A stretch of 64,000 bases of DNA from Phycisphaerae bacterium (lineage in GTDB: Bacteria > Planctomycetota > Phycisphaerae > UBA1845 > Fen-1342), in NCBI GenBank assembly GCA_963675745.2, contig CAXXWX010000024.1:1-64000 (forward strand), written 5' to 3'. The notes under the pieces are model-generated. The model ran no database searches, was not told the DNA's origin, and was given only the letters and a program-made list of their open reading frames with translations. A program made the position numbers and the translations under genes. Below, in pieces: positions 60,501-64,000 of this stretch (positions are counted from its first letter, which is position 1; each line of letters begins with the position of its first letter).

Positions 60501-63500
60501 CCCTCGGACGGCCGCTTGAGGGCCGCCTTGCCGTCGTCAAAGACCTTCTCCAGCACCTCGGCGACCTGTTCAGCCATCGCATAACGCAGGGCGAAGGCCT
60601 TCACGTCGGTCTCGGCTCCGACCGGCAGCGTGTCGAACACCTCGACCATCTCGGTCAGGGCCTCATTGTTCTTCTTGGTCGAGAAAACGATGATCGAGTT
60701 GGTGCCTTTCTCGGGAATCAGCCGGATGGGCTTTTCCAAGTCAAGCGGCGGCAACTCGCGGCCGTCGGGGGCCGTCAGGCTCAGTTTGCGCACCGCCGGC
60801 ACGCCGGGCTCCTTTGCCCCGGCGGCCTTGCGGGCGGCCTCCTGCTCGGCCTCGATCATGTCGGTCAGCACCTTGGCGATGTCCTCGGCCTGGCCGTTCT
60901 GGAGACCGACGATCAACATCTCGCTGTAGACACCCAGCCGCTCGCCTTCGTCAGCCAGGTCCACATCGATGGCCACTACGAGCTCGGTGATTTCCTCGAT
61001 ATCGGTCGGCGTGCCGATGATGAGCAGGCTGTTTGAGCGGTCGATCGCCTCGAGCGATGCCTGCGACTCCTTGGGCACCTCGCGGATGCTGTTGAGCCGT
61101 TCGATCACGGGGGTTAACTGGGCCTTGGCCTCGCTGGCGCGCACGTGGGTCAGCGGGATCGTGGCCACCTTGTTCTCGCCGCCGGCGCCGACCACGTCGA
61201 TTCGTCTGATGATGTCTTCAATCTCGACGAGGATGTCTGTGGGGGCCGCCACGATCAGCGAGTTACTGCGTGGTTCGGCGGTCACGCTGAACGTGTCGTC
61301 GCCGCCCCGCGCCTGGATCAGGCTCTTGATCGTCTCATCTACGATTTTCTGGATGGCGTTGGCCTTGGCCTGATCGAGCTTGAAGACGCGAATCTCGGAT
61401 ACCCGGGCGACCGCTTCCATGCTGCGCAGCAGTTGCTCCAGGAACGCGAGATCGGCGGCATCACCGCTGACCATGAGACGGTGGGGGTCAAGCTCGGTCG
61501 CCGTGACCTCGCCCTTCAACCGCCCGCTTACGCCGGACAGGTCGGGTACACCTTCGACGGCGTCGGTCTCGGCGGGGACAACAGGCGGCTCCTCTGCTAC
61601 GGCGCGGGCCGCCCGCGGGCGACGGACGCGCGGGGTCTTCGGCTGTTCATCGGCCGGCTGACGCTGCGCCAGGTAGGGGGCAGGCGCTTCGTTGGCCGCC
61701 CCTTCTTTCTCATCCTCCTCGGCTGGCTCAGCTTCCCGCTCGACCCGCTTCGCGGTCCCGGCATCAACATGTACCGAGGGTTGAATCTCGATCACGGATG
61801 GGGGCGCCTCGATTGTGGATGCGGGAGTGGTAACCTCCTTGGTCGTCTCCGGGGCAACATCGGGCATCAGTTCGGCGGCCAACGCGCGGCGCGCTTCGAG
61901 CCAGGTGCGTCCGGCTGGTAGCCGTGGCGCATGCGCCGGCGCGCGAGCTATCGCCTCATCCTCGGCGACCATCAGCGAACGTCCGATTGTGGGCTGATCG
62001 GCCCGGCGCGCGCGGCGTGAGTCACGCGCCGCGCCGTAGCGCTGCAACATCCCGGCGTCTTCGCGCGGGCGCGTCGGATTACGCGTGGCTTTGGGCGCGG
62101 CCTGCTTCGCGGCGGAGCGCGGCAGACGTCCGGCGCGTGCCTGGTCAGTCAGGTCACCGGTCACGTCATCGACGAACTTGGCGCCAAACACCGGCAACAA
62201 CAGGGTGGTGCCGACGAACAGTTGCCCGGGGGCGACGTTGAGATCGCCGGGCACTGGCGGCAGCGCTTGTGAAGGCACGACCCACGACCCGCGCGGCCGG
62301 CGCGAGCCGCCGGTTGGTCGGCGCGAGGGAGTACGGCGGGGAGTCGAGCGTCCGCCGCCGCTGCTCTGCTCCTGGAGCTCATTGATCATTTGGATTGCGT
62401 CGGTCGCCGTGAGGTTCTCGAGCTCCCAGATAATCGTCTTGTACTCGGTGCGGCCCGCGAGCTCGATGATCTGCTGGACGGTCGTGTCGACCATGCCGTA
62501 CAGCGTCGGGTCGCCGGCCACGAGTAGCGCATGGGCGTCTTCGTCATAGCCGACGGCGACCTCATTGGCGGTGCGGTTCTGTTGCGTCGCCATGATGGTC
62601 TCGCCGCGATTGACCAGGTCTTCCACCTGCTGGGCGAGCGCGACTAGATCCTGCCCGTGAGGAATCGGGATGATCTTGATCTGATCCATGAGGATCTGCG
62701 GATCGTCAAACTGCTGGACGAGGCTGCGGATGCGCTCGACCTGGGCGGTCGTTCCGCTCACGACCAGTGTCTTGGCGTTGTCGTTGGGGACCAGGTGTGG
62801 GCCTTCCGACGCGCCGGCATCGCGCCGCCGATCACGGCCGCGGCCACCCTCCTGCGCGCTCGCCGTACCGATGAACTGGCGGATGTAGCTGGCCACCTGC
62901 GAAGGTGGCGCGTTGTGGACTGGAATCGTGACCGGCGTCATGCGCGTGGCCACCATTTCCTCGAACGGACGGATCACCGTCTCCGCGACTTCGTCGATGT
63001 CCTCGGCGATACCAAAGACCATCACGGAATTAGTGGTTGTCTCGGGGACGGCGTTGACCTTGAGCTCACCGGCGCCCGTACCGCCGCCGGGAGTCGTCGA
63101 GCGTCGGCCGCGTCCCTGTCGCCCTTGCGGCTGAGCGCCGGCAGCGCTCACCGACATGCTGTTAATCGCGTCGGCGACGATGGTGGCGTCGGCCAGCTCC
63201 AACTCGAAGACGCGGAAAGCGGTCTTGAGCCCTGAAGGCGTGGCGACATCAACGCTTGCGAGGACTCGCTCAACAAACAGGAACGTCTTCTCAGAGCCGA
63301 CCACCATGATGCTGTTCGTGCGGGCGTCGGGCACAACGGTGAACGGGTCGAAACTCGGCATGTTGCCGGTTATCTGCGACATCTGCCCGTATTCCTGGAT
63401 CGCGCCGTCGAGCGAGGCTTTGACGGTGTCCGCATCAGCGTGTTCGAGCGTATAGCGGCGGATCTGGAGCATCTCATCGGGCCGGTCGAGCAGGGCGACC

Positions 63501-64000
63501 ATTTCCTCGATCTGCTCGAAAACGGGATCGGAGGCGCGCACCAACAGCTTCTGTGCGTTTTCATCGCCAAGGATGACCGTACCTCCGCCGGTCGCACCGC
63601 TCGTATTGCGCGATCCGCCGCGGACGCGCCGGTTGCCACCACCTGTGGAGATGGTGGTGCCGCCGAACATCTGGCTGAGTTTCTCGGCGAGCTCCTCGGC
63701 GTCGGCATACACCAGGTCGATGTCACGGAATGCCTGGCGGGCGCCTTCATCAAAATCGCGAATCTTGGCGAGGATGATCTCACGCTTATCGAGCGGACCC
63801 CATACCACAATCGCATTGGTCGACGGCTCGGCGACGATGCGCACTTCCGAAGTCGCACTGCCCCCGACAGCGCCGCCGCCGCCGCGGCGTGGGGCCGCCC
63901 GCCCCGCGCCCTGCTGGCCATAGATCGCGGTCGCCACGTCGGCGATTGACTGCGCGTCGCCATATTGACACACGTAGGTCTCGGCCTCGTTGATCATGCC
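57518..64000 (-). CDS. Giant secretin (GspD-like); 5' end beyond the window
   Basis: C-terminal secretin domain (QVSIEVLIVEV, GIKLNVTPQI, TVVLGGLI, KVPVLGDVPVLGNLFR, ELLIIMTPRII) preceded by 18 Secretin_N-like repeats; frame open to the window end. Confidence 0.93.
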   Translation of the reverse strand, partial: GMINEAETYVCQYGDAQSIADVATAIYGQQGAGRAAPRRGGGGAVGGSATSEVRIVAEPSTNAIVVWGPLDKREIILAKIRDFDEGARQAFRDIDLVYADAEELAEKLSQMFGGTTISTGGGNRRVRGGSRNTSGATGGGTVILGDENAQKLLVRASDPVFEQIEEMVALLDRPDEMLQIRRYTLEHADADTVKASLDGAIQEYGQMSQITGNMPSFDPFTVVPDARTNSIMVVGSEKTFLFVERVLASVDVATPSGLKTAFRVFELELADATIVADAINSMSVSAAGAQPQGRQGRGRRSTTPGGGTGAGELKVNAVPETTTNSVMVFGIAEDIDEVAETVIRPFEEMVATRMTPVTIPVHNAPPSQVASYIRQFIGTASAQEGGRGRDRRRDAGASEGPHLVPNDNAKTLVVSGTTAQVERIRSLVQQFDDPQILMDQIKIIPIPHGQDLVALAQQVEDLVNRGETIMATQQNRTANEVAVGYDEDAHALLVAGDPTLYGMVDTTVQQIIELAGRTEYKTIIWELENLTATDAIQMINELQEQSSGGGRSTPRRTPSRRPTGGSRRPRGSWVVPSQALPPVPGDLNVAPGQLFVGTTLLLPVFGAKFVDDVTGDLTDQARAGRLPRSAAKQAAPKATRNPTRPREDAGMLQRYGAARDSRRARRADQPTIGRSLMVAEDEAIARAPAHAPRLPAGRTWLEARRALAAELMPDVAPETTKEVTTPASTIEAPPSVIEIQPSVHVDAGTAKRVEREAEPAEEDEKEGAANEAPAPYLAQRQPADEQPKTPRVRRPRAARAVAEEPPVVPAETDAVEGVPDLSGVSGRLKGEVTATELDPHRLMVSGDAADLAFLEQLLRSMEAVARVSEIRVFKLDQAKANAIQKIVDETIKSLIQARGGDDTFSVTAEPRSNSLIVAAPTDILVEIEDIIRRIDVVGAGGENKVATIPLTHVRASEAKAQLTPVIERLNSIREVPKESQASLEAIDRSNSLLIIGTPTDIEEITELVVAIDVDLADEGERLGVYSEMLIVGLQNGQAEDIAKVLTDMIEAEQEAARKAAGAKEPGVPAVRKLSLTAPDGRELPPLDLEKPIRLIPEKGTNSIIVFSTKKNNEALTEMVEVFDTLPVGAETDVKAFALRYAMAEQVAEVLEKVFDDGKAALKRPSEGDGGGLEKGILPPVPPGLAAKGLPYQVSFSHDARSNTLFAIGRTDAVKLVNVLVTEMDRPSTDLGIDSHIIALRNVQSSTIEEQVTDLLEKRAETMGNTGTERDVAVVKADDRSNSLVVFANDDVYDMIEELVMKLDAADSYRIVTTEFRPLEYADAIKLQRLLEEVFDAKEDASQKTDTQANDTLSVIADGRSNSLVLTGTRDYLEEAKDLVTNLDQQFEPTVEFKVVKVRLNSSANVAARLNDMIDKTLSDQESNLTGAPIHIAADPISDSLLLAASREDMVMIERWIEILDKPSEIGRMTRILPLRQRSAEELADSLQDLFQNTGEDVDLTVTHEPTTNSIVAIGPPALLEDIEDIVRRFDDIDPQAVAVVKSFKLKQADAEDAGDLLMNILEGQGGAVGGGGRGGGGGSDTLRDVMLIFQTEHPDLGPQTFKAMRQNIVVTADLRTNSLMIVAPAESMPLMESLVAAIDIIPSDATIRVFPLRNSDAEQMVQMLEPLFEETSQGTGDDNEERQLTMGALGAGGRQQIRFNTDVRTNSVIAAGTPGYLDIAEELILSLDSKPIEERKTVVYAPRNTPVESLVASLVDYSDAEQTLLDELGDDISTQRRLEREIVAIAAEDSNRVIISFDPRRETEVFDIVNELDQPPPQVSIEVLIVEVTMENSLELGVEFAFQDLQFAAAGPSDTTTFDYVGGTDIGAVGTGLGGFSFTITGRDFNFLLRTLQTETGLNVLSRPHIVAMDGQAAKIEVVNDVPYVSGSSTSTVGGQITTSVARSDVGIKLNVTPQINPDGYVRLEITQEVSDLTDSTIEVGPGLTAPIFRESLAETVVTVRDNETVVLGGLIQERDERTESKVPVLGDVPVLGNLFRYDDTTTRKAELLIIMTPRIIRTVDDYREISVAARDATGTLPEHVLTNPLMNNLRVQPENLLPGEYDELGPFPKDDIQEIREEVGSEEYGPLGNLRSLRREIHTNDPADVSYDLPIARLGHDQP

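Overview
GC-rich bacterial window whose gene content (ECF sigma plus Ser/Thr kinase, prepilin-like DUF1559 protein, PEP-CTERM proteins, Cys-containing dockerin-like tails, giant secretin) suggests a Planctomycete, probably Phycisphaerae (inference). Left to right: (1) glycoside hydrolase genes and a scar fusing a truncated SGNH hydrolase to a metallophosphoesterase; (2) an ECF-kinase-DUF1559-PEP-CTERM cluster and a run of secreted proteins; (3) a tRNA-Gly-adjacent, satellite-like integrative element (integrase, primase-polymerase/DUF3987, AlpA-like HTH) next to a type I R-M operon with two embedded putative RNase genes, one bracketed by a second, diverged copy of the hsdR 3' end; (4) an intact ISAs1, phoD, a RAYT-type transposase, a two-component system and two gingipain-like proteases; (5) core-like genes ending in a secretin of >2,150 aa with at least 18 N-domain repeats. 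Most notable: seven secreted proteins share one C-terminal dockerin-like tag; the hsdR-tail cassette; a duplicated ~117-bp promoter plus structured leader. Several genes carry single-base frameshifts that look like assembly errors. All calls are by eye; no searches were run.
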